Shown: positions 1-9,333 of the stretch, piece by piece
Numbering within the stretch: the stretch's first letter is position 1
Layout: each line of letters opens with the position of its first letter
Origin: a virus
Taxonomy: Duplodnaviria > Caudoviricetes
Length of the DNA: 64,000 nt
Virus record (IMG/VR): IMGVR_UViG_3300044973_000253
Location: 32,001-96,000 of that record
Reading direction: 5' to 3' (one strand)
Made by a program: the position numbers and the translations under genes
Notes under the pieces: model-generated
The model's input: only the letters and a program-made list of their open reading frames with translations
What the model was told of the DNA's origin: nothing
The model's database searches: none

Positions 1-938
1 ACCATTAGATCCTCATCCATGACCTTGATATAACCATTGGAATACATAACACTGTACCACCAATCTGGCAATATGAATTGTCTGGTTCTTAAATCAAAAT
101 AATTCATTTTTCCGTCATGTAATACCTTGCATAACATAGTCTTATCCCATCTTCTTTCAGGATTCCATATAACCATATTCTCCACCTCTTTTACCACCAT
201 TCCAGCATCGTTCTTTTCCTCATCAGTTTTGAGTGTAAGAATGTGTTTCAGCTTATCCTCGTAGGCTTTGGTGTTTTCAGAACAGATAAGATGGGACTTG
301 TTATTCTTATCAATAAAAACAGAATAATATTTATCCTCCACATCATCATACTCAAAACATCCAGTTTTGACAACATACTTATCACTATATATATTACTTA
401 CAACATTTCTGTTATTATATCCAGTGTCTAAAAAGGTGATATAATTATATTGTAACTTATTATTTTCTTGCTTATTTTCCTCACAAATATTAGCCAATTT
501 TCCCGCAAAAGGCGCAGCCTTATAATAGGTTCTGGATTGAATATAATTGTTTTCATTCTCAAAATAAAATCTCCCCTCCATTCTGTCATATATTAATTTC
601 AGCAAGTAACCCTTATAATAACGCTCAAAGTAGTTTTTCGTCATGGTTCCTTGAAATTGAATCATTCTGGCAGTATATTGGGTATGGTCGGTTGCAAATT
701 CGTTTGTACCAGCGGTTACCAACAGTCTCAAAACATAGATATGGTTGGAATATTCATTTTTTAAAGCATCAAAAGGAGAGTTATATACCAAAAGGTCTCC
801 GCAATTCTTATTGTTTTTGGTTTTATAAGACACCTTGATCTCATGATCCTTATCATTGGGATCAATACAGAAACCCTCGGATGTATAGAATTTACTATTT
901 CTCCTAACCGCTGTTTTATAACACATGAATCCTACCAT
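1..938 (-). CDS. hypothetical protein, 3' end outside window; possible degenerate WG-like repeats
   Basis: Manual translation from ATG at 938 (MVGFMCYKTAVRRNSKF...) stays open to the window edge. It is absent from the ORF track because no stop lies in the window. A host-type promoter lies directly upstream. Confidence 0.75.
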   Translation of the reverse strand, partial: MVGFMCYKTAVRRNSKFYTSEGFCIDPNDKDHEIKVSYKTKNNKNCGDLLVYNSPFDALKNEYSNHIYVLRLLVTAGTNEFATDHTQYTARMIQFQGTMTKNYFERYYKGYLLKLIYDRMEGRFYFENENNYIQSRTYYKAAPFAGKLANICEENKQENNKLQYNYITFLDTGYNNRNVVSNIYSDKYVVKTGCFEYDDVEDKYYSVFIDKNNKSHLICSENTKAYEDKLKHILTLKTDEEKNDAGMVVKEVENMVIWNPERRWDKTMLCKVLHDGKMNYFDLRTRQFILPDWWYSVMYSNGYIKVMDEDLM

Positions 939-967
939 ATTTATTTAGTTTTATTTGTTTTACAACG

Positions 968-999
968 CAAAGATACAAACAATATTTCAATCCTGCAAA
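968..999 (-). promoter_or_regulatory. Bacteroidota primary-sigma promoter (-33 TTTG / -7 TAnnTTTG)
   Basis: Minus strand reads TTTG-N20-TATCTTTG, about 30 nt upstream of ATG 938. Confidence 0.7.
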
Positions 1000-1001
1000 T
1001 A

Positions 1002-1895
1002 TTATTCAATCTTTTTTATAAATATTCTGGAATACATTCTTTTTCCTGCGACATAACCTCTTCCTCTATCTATATTCAAACTGTACTCATTCCCAATAAT
1101 TTCAAACTGTTTCGGATTATATTTATCCAGAAATGAAATCGGCACACCAATCACTCCGTCATAGTCCTCTGGAATATCACATAGTTTATCCACATTAATG
1201 GCATCATAATTGTCGTACTTCGGATATGATTCTGGAGTGTACTTTCTGAACAATATAAGCTCCTCATTGTGTTTGGAAATAGGGAATGTCGTATACCAAC
1301 AAATATTAACAGTTTTTTCTTCCCCATTGGGAATGATAAACGACTTTCCTCCATTTGTAAATCCCAATCCTATCTTGTTGTTTTTGATACAAGGAAACAC
1401 TTCTTTATACGTTATCGCATTCATGTTCCCCAGTATAACGAAATCTTTATTGTTATCCATAAGTACCTTGACATATTCTCGAAACAGCGAGAACGGAGGA
1501 TTTGTGACCACAATGTCAGCTTGCTTTAAAAGATCGATACACTCATCGCTTCTAAAGTCACCATCTCCGTTAAGATTCCGAACGTCTTTCTCTATTTCCT
1601 TGCTGATATCAATCGACTTCGGATCCACTGTAGCGAAATCGGAATCCCAATAAAGTCCACAACCTACTGAATTATAAGCAGTTACAATAATTCTCTTTAA
1701 GTGTAAAATATTGAACCGCATATAGAACCACTTAACAAAGTTAGACTTGACAGGATCATCGCAATTACAGTAGATTGTCTTTCCTACAAACATCTCCTTG
1801 TAGTGCATCAATTCTTTTTCGACATCTGTCAGTTTGGTGTAGAATTCATCATTCTTGTTTTTCTTTGCATTGCTTAAATTTATATTTTTGCTCAT
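1002..1895 (-). CDS. adenine-specific DNA methyltransferase, EcoRI_methylase family
   Basis: Motifs KNDEFYT, IYCNCDDP, GDFRSDEC, catalytic VVTNPPFSLFREY and YPKYDNYDAINV..GVIGVPISFLDKYNP. Confidence 0.9.
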   Translation of the reverse strand: MSKNINLSNAKKNKNDEFYTKLTDVEKELMHYKEMFVGKTIYCNCDDPVKSNFVKWFYMRFNILHLKRIIVTAYNSVGCGLYWDSDFATVDPKSIDISKEIEKDVRNLNGDGDFRSDECIDLLKQADIVVTNPPFSLFREYVKVLMDNNKDFVILGNMNAITYKEVFPCIKNNKIGLGFTNGGKSFIIPNGEEKTVNICWYTTFPISKHNEELILFRKYTPESYPKYDNYDAINVDKLCDIPEDYDGVIGVPISFLDKYNPKQFEIIGNEYSLNIDRGRGYVAGKRMYSRIFIKKIE

Positions 1896-1913
1896 TATAT
1901 ATTATATGTTTTA

Positions 1914-2958
1914 TTATTTTCTCTTTCTTATCAAAATACGAATATACAACTGTTTTATATAGCCCTCCCTGTTAGATGCTGTATAATATACTTTATCTGC
2001 AGGCTTGTCCTTAAATAATAAACAAGGGGCGGTATTTATTTTGCTTCCGTTGGAAGTGGTCCCATCTGGATTGTTTTGTAACGTGTTTTCATATTTGACA
2101 GTTGGACCTATTCCAAATTCAAAACGACCACTCGTTTGTCCCAATATTTCAAACTGTTGCGGATTATATTTCTCTATGAAAGAAATAGGAACACCCATCG
2201 CACCATCATAATCATATGGTATGTCGCACGTCTTGTCCACATTAATAGCATCATAATTGTCGTATTTGGGAAACTCTTCGGGAGTGTAGTGCTTATATAA
2301 TATAAGTTTGTCATTATGTTTGGCAATCGGCAAAGTTGTGTACCAAAAGATGTTTCCGAATTTTTGTTCCGTTCCTGCTGGAGTTTTGAAAGTCTTGTCG
2401 CCATTAAGATGATAACCTAAGCCAATTCTGTTCTCCTTGATATACGGGAATACTTCCTTACATTTTATAGCGTTCATGTTTCCAAGAATAACAAAATCTT
2501 TGTTATTATCCATCAACACTTTAACATATTCTCTGAACAGCGAGAAAGGCGGATTAGTTACTACAATATCAGCCTGCTTTAACAGCTCTATACATTCATC
2601 GCTTCGGAAATCTCCATTTCCGTTGAGTTTCCTGACATCCTTTGATATTTCTTTGCTGATAGCAATTGACTTCGGGTTCACTGTAGCAAAATCGGAATCC
2701 CAATAATCCCCCCCCCCCGTTACAAGCAGCTGAATTAAAAGCAGTTACGATAATGCGTTTCAAGTGTAATATATTGAAATTCATATAGAACCACTGAACA
2801 AAGTTTGACTTGACAGGATTGTCGCAATTACAATAAATGGTTTTACCGACAAACATCTCCTTATAGTGAATTAGCTCTTTTTCTATATCTGAGAGTTTTG
2901 TGTAGAACTCATCGTTCTTGACTTTATTGGCCTTTTGCAAATTTGTATTGTTGCTCAT
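1914..2958 (-). pseudogene. second EcoRI-family adenine methyltransferase, frameshifted at a G11 tract (possibly phase-variable)
   Basis: ORF 2596-2958 (N-terminal part) and ORF 1914-2681 (NPPF part) are both paralogous to 1002-1895. The span is 1045 nt; removing one G from the tract gives a 347-aa ORF. Confidence 0.85.
2708..2718. repeat. C11/G11 homopolymer at the methyltransferase frameshift
   Basis: The + strand reads caataatCCCCCCCCCCCgtt. The tract is absent from the paralog. Confidence 0.95.
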
Positions 2959-2994
2959 GTTTATTGTTCTGCAAAGAATTGGATATGTAAGTGA

Positions 2995-3714
2995 TTAAAT
3001 AGAAAAATTCTGATTGGTTTTGGCTTTATACTTGATAAAGTCGCAAGACTTGACTTTTATAATAATTCTTTCTCCGTTTCTATCAAGAAGTCCCAAAGGA
3101 AGTTTCATGACAACTCCCTCTGCAAACAGGCTGTTATCCTTTACCAAATTGGAATAAAATCTTTTCTGTACCAAATCAATTGCTTCTCCTATGGTCATCA
3201 TTCCCATTTCTGGAACATAATCAAGACCGACCTTATAACAGATATCCTTTACATTGTCAGGCAAAAGATATAATCCGTTTATCTTGATATCGAATACAAT
3301 AAACTTGATGCCATCGGGCACATATTTGCTTCCTGCTGGCTCTTGAATACCACTGCCGTACATTTCACCAAATACTTCTATAACTGCGTCAGAATGTAAA
3401 TCAAACACGTCTCCGCACGCTTTATTGAGTTTATCTATAATGGTTTGATGTAAAGCCTTATGTCGTGGCTCAAAAAAAGCAGATTCTGTTTTACCTCTGG
3501 CGTATATATTTGCGGTTTCGGTTTCGGAACTTGTTTCTATCACAAAAGATGTGTTTGTACCGTCAATCTTTTCGGTGGAGTACATCTTGATACCCTCATC
3601 GAACATCCATTTTGCAACGGGAGAAACAAATTCTGGGACAATGCAATTGGTTGCTTTGTCTCTCATAAATACAGTGTTGATTTTCTGATAAAAACTATGT
3701 TTTGATTTGCTCAT
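2995..3714 (-). CDS. RNA ligase (Rnl2-like adenylation domain)
   Basis: Nucleotidyltransferase motifs EKIDGTN (I), FGEMYG (III), FIVFDI (IIIa), EGVVMK (IV) and IIKVK (V). Confidence 0.8.
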   Translation of the reverse strand: MSKSKHSFYQKINTVFMRDKATNCIVPEFVSPVAKWMFDEGIKMYSTEKIDGTNTSFVIETSSETETANIYARGKTESAFFEPRHKALHQTIIDKLNKACGDVFDLHSDAVIEVFGEMYGSGIQEPAGSKYVPDGIKFIVFDIKINGLYLLPDNVKDICYKVGLDYVPEMGMMTIGEAIDLVQKRFYSNLVKDNSLFAEGVVMKLPLGLLDRNGERIIIKVKSCDFIKYKAKTNQNFSI

Positions 3715-3731
3715 ATATTTATAATATTAAG

Positions 3732-3977
3732 TTACTTGATAAAAAATCTATATATTACGGAACTTAGAAAAAGTATGATTGATATAATCATTGAATATTT
3801 CAATACCAAATCCACCGTTCTTTCTATTTTCCTTTTCCGCAGTGTATTTCTGTTGTCTCTTAAACGCTCTTCGTCTTTGTCAAAACAAAGTGTAATATTG
3901 TTGTCGTTGTTTTTTAAAACATAACAGAACACTCCTGCAAAAACAATTATTCCAAAAGCTATTTTAAATATCAGCAT
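3732..3977 (-). CDS. small membrane protein
   Basis: 81-aa ORF with two hydrophobic segments and a promoter upstream. Confidence 0.65.
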   Translation of the reverse strand: MLIFKIAFGIIVFAGVFCYVLKNNDNNITLCFDKDEERLRDNRNTLRKRKIERTVDLVLKYSMIISIILFLSSVIYRFFIK

Positions 3978-4006
3978 ATTTAATATCTATTAATTCATAT
4001 TGGCTG

Positions 4007-4018
4007 CAAATATAAATA
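4007..4018 (-). promoter_or_regulatory. -7 TAnnTTTG box overlapping a TATTTATA motif
   Basis: Minus strand reads TATTTATATTTG, 30 nt upstream of ATG 3977. Confidence 0.5.
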
Positions 4019-4038
4019 CAATTTTTTAATAAAACAAC

Positions 4039-4072
4039 AAAAAAGCGGAAAATCTTTATAAGAATTTCCGCC
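4039..4072 (-). terminator. intrinsic terminator
   Basis: gcggaaa...tttccgc hairpin with an A-run on its left (U-tract on the minus strand). Confidence 0.65.
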
Positions 4073-4126
4073 TTGTTGGTAAATTTATAACATTAAATAT
4101 GCCATTTTATTATTGTTATTGTACTG

Positions 4127-4459
4127 TTAGTCAATGGTATTTGAACTTACGGCATAGCAATAAACAATGTTTCCTTTATCATTTCCGTCTTTATCATCAC
4201 CACGCATACCTAATTTCAAATAATGGTTTTCCACACTACGAGCGATATCATCATCTATTGCCGTTCGATATATCCACCAAGAAGTATCTTTGGAAACATG
4301 ATGCTTAGTAAACAAACAATGTTCAATATTATCGGTGATACCGATATAGAAATCAGAATAGAATTTCATTGCTGTTTTTTCAAGACACTCATCTATTTCC
4401 TTTTCTATTGTGATATAATCTTTTAGTTCACTCATTTTAGCATTCCATATTTTTGCCAT
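4127..4459 (-). CDS. hypothetical protein (weak GIY-YIG-like FYIGIT motif)
   Basis: 110-aa ORF containing FYIGITDN...ARSVE. Confidence 0.65.
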   Translation of the reverse strand: MAKIWNAKMSELKDYITIEKEIDECLEKTAMKFYSDFYIGITDNIEHCLFTKHHVSKDTSWWIYRTAIDDDIARSVENHYLKLGMRGDDKDGNDKGNIVYCYAVSSNTID

Positions 4460-4682
4460 ATAAAATCACGCAGTTATCTGCAGGAAAATCATACAAGACT
4501 TTTGTTTCATCCGTTATCGTTTCGCCAAGTCTGTAAATCATATATCGCTTATGGTCAGAAGTGAATTTTGTTCTTACCTTATTGATTATTAAGCTATTGG
4601 AATGAGAGTCTTGGATATTTATATCCTTGTCATCTTTCGATTCGGCATTTTCTGTTATGATAATACGTATAATGTCGTTCAT
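4437..4682 (-). CDS. hypothetical protein
   Basis: Probable start MNDIIRI at 4682, just after the stop of the upstream gene. Confidence 0.6.
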   Translation of the reverse strand: MNDIIRIIITENAESKDDKDINIQDSHSNSLIINKVRTKFTSDHKRYMIYRLGETITDETKVLYDFPADNCVILYGKNMEC

Positions 4683-4693
4683 ATATATTTGTT

Positions 4694-4972
4694 TTAAAAG
4701 ATTATATAATAACAAAACAGATAACTCCATGCCATTATGGTTACTATCAGCATAAGATTTGCCTTGTTTTCAGACTTGTCAAGTGACTTGTAAAAACCGT
4801 TGATTTTCATTGTTGATTCTGTCGTTTCCTTTCCAGACAATTCTTCTGGACTCAACACTCTGCTCCATTCGTGCATGACTATCAGCTTTATTGCTGATAC
4901 CACCCTGTAATTAATGAAGCAGAACAAAGAGGATATGGCAATAAAAACAACAATGCAATTGAATATTCTCAT
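4694..4972 (-). CDS. small membrane protein
   Basis: 92-aa ORF with hydrophobic N- and C-termini, tightly packed between neighbours. Confidence 0.6.
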   Translation of the reverse strand: MRIFNCIVVFIAISSLFCFINYRVVSAIKLIVMHEWSRVLSPEELSGKETTESTMKINGFYKSLDKSENKANLMLIVTIMAWSYLFCYYIIF

Positions 4973-4978
4973 TATTAT

Positions 4979-5836
4979 TTATTTGATATTCCGTATTGTA
5001 TCAAAAACATTCTTGAATTCGGTATCTGCAGTTTTCTTTACTGCTACTGTGCTGGTATTGTTATAAGTATCTTTGAATCCCATTAGATTCTTTATTCTAT
5101 CTGTTTCCTCGTTAAACATCTGTTTGAATTCATGTTTGATTACCTGTGCATCCGCTCCTGCCCATTCCAACAAATATGTGTCATTAACAGAATCTTTCAT
5201 TATAAATCTGCATCCGTCTTTTTTCACATTTTCTGGTATCAGGGTTCTCATGTGTCCCTCGTTGATAAACTGAGTGCGTTTGAAAGTGAACCGTGGAGTT
5301 TTGCTTTCGTTAAAGGCTGTTGATCTCAAGGCATTGACCTTGCTTCTGTCCAGCATACGGCCAGTCAATCCAGCCATGGTCATATCGGTTCTGCTCTCCT
5401 TATTTTTTCTTGCTTTCTCTTTTGTTTTCTGAATATAGGCATCATTGTCTTTCTTGTAATACCCGTTTCCATAATAACCGTCTTTGTCAACTTCTCCTTC
5501 TCTTCTTTTCTTTTCATCTGCGGTGGTATATCCTTCCAGATTGGCAAGTACCTTATCCGAATAAGATTGACTGACAGGGGAATCGTATCTTAAATCTGCG
5601 TTTGTTTTGTTAAGGGTGTCACTCATTGAATGTTCTCCATTAACATAACTTCCCTGATTGGAAATCTTTCCATCCTTGCTTTTTGAACTTAATGTATCCA
5701 GCCTTTTCCCCTGAAGGCTGTCCATATCCTTACGTCTCATATTGTTACCGAGCACTGGTTCAAACGTGTTGATAACCTTTGCGCTCTCATTGATACGTCT
5801 TTTAAGCTCACCAATGGTGTATGTTACTGATTTCAT
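4979..5836 (-). CDS. hypothetical, putative virion head-associated protein
   Basis: 285-aa ORF with an N-terminal ELKRRINE and further (I/F)NE motifs. Confidence 0.7.
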   Translation of the reverse strand: MKSVTYTIGELKRRINESAKVINTFEPVLGNNMRRKDMDSLQGKRLDTLSSKSKDGKISNQGSYVNGEHSMSDTLNKTNADLRYDSPVSQSYSDKVLANLEGYTTADEKKRREGEVDKDGYYGNGYYKKDNDAYIQKTKEKARKNKESRTDMTMAGLTGRMLDRSKVNALRSTAFNESKTPRFTFKRTQFINEGHMRTLIPENVKKDGCRFIMKDSVNDTYLLEWAGADAQVIKHEFKQMFNEETDRIKNLMGFKDTYNNTSTVAVKKTADTEFKNVFDTIRNIK

Positions 5837-5865
5837 ATTGGTTATTAATTTTCTTTATTTTATCA

Positions 5866-6063
5866 TTATTGAAACATCTGCAACATAAGACCTCTCTGCA
5901 ACTGTTTGTTCATCAGTTTTAAAAGTCTATCGTTGTCCTTGTCGTCTTTTTTTAGCTCCTGCTTATATTCCTTTTGAATAGCATACAGATCCTCAACCAC
6001 CTTGTTGTAAGAATCGGTATTCTCCATTCCAAAACTTCCATATCTGCCAAAATCATTAGCCAT
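5866..6063 (-). CDS. hypothetical protein
   Basis: 65-aa ORF in tight operon packing. Confidence 0.65.
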   Translation of the reverse strand: MANDFGRYGSFGMENTDSYNKVVEDLYAIQKEYKQELKKDDKDNDRLLKLMNKQLQRGLMLQMFQ

Positions 6064-6064
6064 A

Positions 6065-6595
6065 TTATTTTCTATGTCTAAAATGTTTTATTTTTCTTCT
6101 TACAGGAGATGCAAAAGCGGGAACCTCAAAAGCTCCTGAATCTGCTGCGCTCATTGCTCCAGCTCCTCCCGCATCTCCTGCACAGGCTCCTCCATCGCAT
6201 TCAACAATACAGTTGTCATTCTTTATGGATGACTCAAACAGTGTTCCGAACAATCTGTGCATTTTCTTCTCAAAATCCTGTTTTGGAACAGAATATCGTA
6301 TCATGTAATGGGCCTTATGATCTCCATCCTTATCGCTTATCCGTTCATTGCTTTTCAACAATCCGAATTTTCTAAGTTTGTCTATAAGTTCATTTGGAGT
6401 AATACCCCTTTTAGTGAACACATCATCAAGGTCGTAATCAGCTACGGATGGATTTTCAAGCAATGATGATATGAATCGTTTGCATGGATAAAAGAATTCG
6501 GCAAATGTAACTTCCTCCTTTTCTTTTGATACAGACTCCCTCAGCTCTCTGAAAGAGTTGATTTTAAATCCAGCGTATATATTTCTTTTCATCAT
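6065..6595 (-). CDS. hypothetical, putative head-associated protein
   Basis: 176-aa ORF with LRE and IVE motifs and a Gly/Ala-rich tail. Confidence 0.7.
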   Translation of the reverse strand: MMKRNIYAGFKINSFRELRESVSKEKEEVTFAEFFYPCKRFISSLLENPSVADYDLDDVFTKRGITPNELIDKLRKFGLLKSNERISDKDGDHKAHYMIRYSVPKQDFEKKMHRLFGTLFESSIKNDNCIVECDGGACAGDAGGAGAMSAADSGAFEVPAFASPVRRKIKHFRHRK

Positions 6596-6599
6596 ATTA

Positions 6600-6806
6600 T
6601 TATTGTCTTTTAACTGCGTCTATCCATAGGGACTTTCTGGTCCACATCTCTTTGAAGTAATTATCAAAGCAGTCGGCACATATCTCTTTGATTTTCTTTT
6701 CAAAATCTCTTGTCCCAATATAATCAGAAATATCGCTCTTCACCTGCGTGTGAGTCAATTCCTCTCTTATTAGTCTGTCTATGTCTCTGTCTGTAATTCT
6801 TCTCAT
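6600..6806 (-). CDS. hypothetical protein with leader-like N-terminus
   Basis: Probable start MRRITDRDIDRLIREE at 6806, which avoids overlap with the upstream gene. Confidence 0.65.
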   Translation of the reverse strand: MRRITDRDIDRLIREELTHTQVKSDISDYIGTRDFEKKIKEICADCFDNYFKEMWTRKSLWIDAVKRQ

Positions 6807-6820
6807 ATCACTTATAATAA

Positions 6821-7348
6821 TTAAAATACCATTGCTGAATTCTGAACCCAAAAATCCTTCCAGTTTTCAAACAGGGAATAAATCTTGGCTATCAGTTTTG
6901 AGCTGTTATCATTCAACGGCAGTGTATTTGCCCATATATAGCATCCGTTTCCGCTTCTGTCGTTGAATCTGTATTCAAACTTCAAGTTGTTTAAGTCTGG
7001 AACGGTGCCAATAAACTGAATAATCTTCTCATCTGGATAACAAAGCAATGGATGCTGCCCATATTCCACATTGGTACCCATTCCTGCCGAAATATCATCT
7101 TTTACCTTATCAAGAGTATTCTGGCCATATTTGATATCATTGGTTATAGGGAAACACTTTTTGGATTTGAGTGACATATAGGAATTTCCATCTATGTTGT
7201 CTGATGCGTCAACACCATTCATCATATCGGAATCATCCTCTGTACTTGTATTCTCTTCGTTTTCATCATCAAATATGGAATCATAATCCTCATTTATATT
7301 TCGGATTGTATGAAGCATATCCCGTAATGAATCATCTTGATGTCTCAT
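6821..7348 (-). CDS. hypothetical protein
   Basis: 175-aa ORF; N-terminus ...TIRNINE followed by an acidic linker. Confidence 0.75.
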   Translation of the reverse strand: MRHQDDSLRDMLHTIRNINEDYDSIFDDENEENTSTEDDSDMMNGVDASDNIDGNSYMSLKSKKCFPITNDIKYGQNTLDKVKDDISAGMGTNVEYGQHPLLCYPDEKIIQFIGTVPDLNNLKFEYRFNDRSGNGCYIWANTLPLNDNSSKLIAKIYSLFENWKDFWVQNSAMVF

Positions 7349-7366
7349 ATCTTATTGTTTTGTATA

Positions 7367-7606
7367 TTAAACGCTTCTGTTCCAGTTAAGCAGAATTTCC
7401 TGATTTCTAAAATTGCGGGCTTCGGCCTCTTTTTTTGAAACGCAATTACAAGATTTCTTTGCAGGCTGCTCTTTAACAGCCCAATTGATGGTTTCTGCTG
7501 CAGCAGGTGCTGCCTCTACCGTTTTTGCGGTCTCTTCTGCCACTGGTTCTGACTGTGCTGATTCTGTTTCAGCAGTCTCTGTATCAACTGTATTTTTCTT
7601 GCTCAT
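7367..7606 (-). CDS. hypothetical Ala/Glu-rich protein
   Basis: 79-aa ORF with TATTTATA at 7634-7641 upstream. Confidence 0.7.
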   Translation of the reverse strand: MSKKNTVDTETAETESAQSEPVAEETAKTVEAAPAAAETINWAVKEQPAKKSCNCVSKKEAEARNFRNQEILLNWNRSV

Positions 7607-7668
7607 TGTTAAAATGTTTTTCTTTTATTTTATTATAAATAGCTTTCTATTCTTATTTTGGTATATTT

Positions 7669-8559
7669 TTATTGATTGGCGTATGTACTCATCAAAACGA
7701 AACTCTTTTTTATTTCATTCTTAATCTTGCTTAAACCAGAATTTCTTTCTTTGATTACAGATTGGATTGGTGTTTGTAGCGTACTGCTTATTTCCTTCAA
7801 AGTTCTCTTCTTTTCTCCATATCCGAAATACATTTGGATGATTCTCAATTCGCTTTCCGTCATAATGGCTTTCAGATTTCCAAACAGCTTTTTTCTTTCC
7901 TTTTCTATAATCTTTCCGTCTACATAGGACTCAATGGAATCAGCACCACATGAAAAAGATACAAAATCATCATTATCCTGACTTGTTTCCTCATTTTCCT
8001 CGTTTTCTTCGGACTTGAAATCATCCTGAGGAAGAGGAGTCTCCTCATAATCACAATACAAGTCGGTATCTGCGTTATCATCGTCAAACTCCATATCATC
8101 TGGCTTCGTTGCAGAAAGACAATCATCAGCATAACTTTCAACTGCGGTCACAACGTGTCTCTTTCTTACATACATCGAGATTTTGGCTTTTATCCACCAT
8201 AAGGCATAGCAATAGAATCGACATTCCTTTTTGGTATCAAACTTTTCTATTGCTTTTAAAAGTCCCATATTTCCCTCGCTAACAAGATCGGTCATTGGGA
8301 CTCCACTTCCCCTGTAAAAATTGGCCACCTTAAAAACGAATCTTAGATTCCCCTCAACCAGACGCTTCTTCGCTTTTTCTGTCATTCCGTCTTTAAGCAA
8401 TTCGGCTTCCTCCTCTTTGGTAATAGGAGGAATATTGGATAGATCATCATAATAATCACGCAAACTCAAAGCAAAATCCTCTTCCGTATAATCTGATTTG
8501 GATGCGTTTTTCTTGTCCTTTTTGGCGAACTTGTTTTCCTCCTTAAAATACTGATACAT
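7669..8559 (-). CDS. phage RNA polymerase sigma-70 family factor
   Basis: Region 1.2/2 (EEEAEL..LVEGNLRFVFKVA..DLVSEGNMGLLKAIEKFD..RFYCYALWWI) and a region 4 HTH (RTLKEIS). Confidence 0.9.
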   Translation of the reverse strand: MYQYFKEENKFAKKDKKNASKSDYTEEDFALSLRDYYDDLSNIPPITKEEEAELLKDGMTEKAKKRLVEGNLRFVFKVANFYRGSGVPMTDLVSEGNMGLLKAIEKFDTKKECRFYCYALWWIKAKISMYVRKRHVVTAVESYADDCLSATKPDDMEFDDDNADTDLYCDYEETPLPQDDFKSEENEENEETSQDNDDFVSFSCGADSIESYVDGKIIEKERKKLFGNLKAIMTESELRIIQMYFGYGEKKRTLKEISSTLQTPIQSVIKERNSGLSKIKNEIKKSFVLMSTYANQ

Positions 8560-8658
8560 TAACTATATACATTATATCTCACAATAGAAAGATACTTATA
8601 TCTTCAAATTATGCTTATTTATAATTACCAATTATCGCTATTGACATATTGGTATATG

Positions 8659-8666
8659 CAAATATA
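8659..8666 (-). promoter_or_regulatory. host-type -7 box upstream of the sigma gene
   Basis: TATATTTG on the minus strand, intergenic. Confidence 0.45.
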
Positions 8667-8707
8667 ACTGTATTTTTAACATATTTTAACTTTTATTTAG
8701 ATTTTTT

Positions 8708-9319
8708 TTAAATTATTTCAATCTGTTTTGATGAACATAATGACATAATCTCATTTGTTTCTATCTGGCTTGAACATGCAATGCAATCCTTGAATATGTG
8801 TATGTTTCCTGGCTGCAATATCTGCAACAGGTCATTTAACGTAGCCAATATACTCCCGTCATAAGATATTCCGCATATATAAATATCAGAAACAGATATC
8901 TCTTTATTGTTGGGATCCAAAGTCTGCAAAATAAACTTACCGCTATCCTCATTCTGAAATACGGATTTTTCGTTGGACTTCTCATCGTTTTTGGGAAGTT
9001 TTTTGATAGGACATTTAAGTGAAAATGAAAGTATTTTCAACAGGTTGTCCTCTATTCCCGCTCCCTCGCTAAACGACAGACAATGGACTGGATCTGTTCC
9101 TCCATTCTCCTTAAACAGTTTTGCCATTGATGAAAAGAAATCAACTGTTATGCCAACAAATTGCATCGCATTCATATAACCCATTACAAATATCTGATCC
9201 AATATATTTCTTTCGGCCTGTAAAGCTCCGTTAACCCATACTCCAGACTTGTCATTAAGAATATAATCCACCTGTGGAGTGTTTATAAGAAGCATTGAAT
9301 TCGGTTTTATTTCTGTCAT
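8708..9319 (-). CDS. isochorismatase/nicotinamidase-fold protein, probably degenerate
   Basis: MLLINTPQVDY and IYICGISYDGSI..T..D..IFKDCIA resemble the family motifs, but the catalytic Asp and Cys appear substituted. Confidence 0.5.
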   Translation of the reverse strand: MTEIKPNSMLLINTPQVDYILNDKSGVWVNGALQAERNILDQIFVMGYMNAMQFVGITVDFFSSMAKLFKENGGTDPVHCLSFSEGAGIEDNLLKILSFSLKCPIKKLPKNDEKSNEKSVFQNEDSGKFILQTLDPNNKEISVSDIYICGISYDGSILATLNDLLQILQPGNIHIFKDCIACSSQIETNEIMSLCSSKQIEII

Positions 9320-9333
9320 GTTTTTTTATCTTT

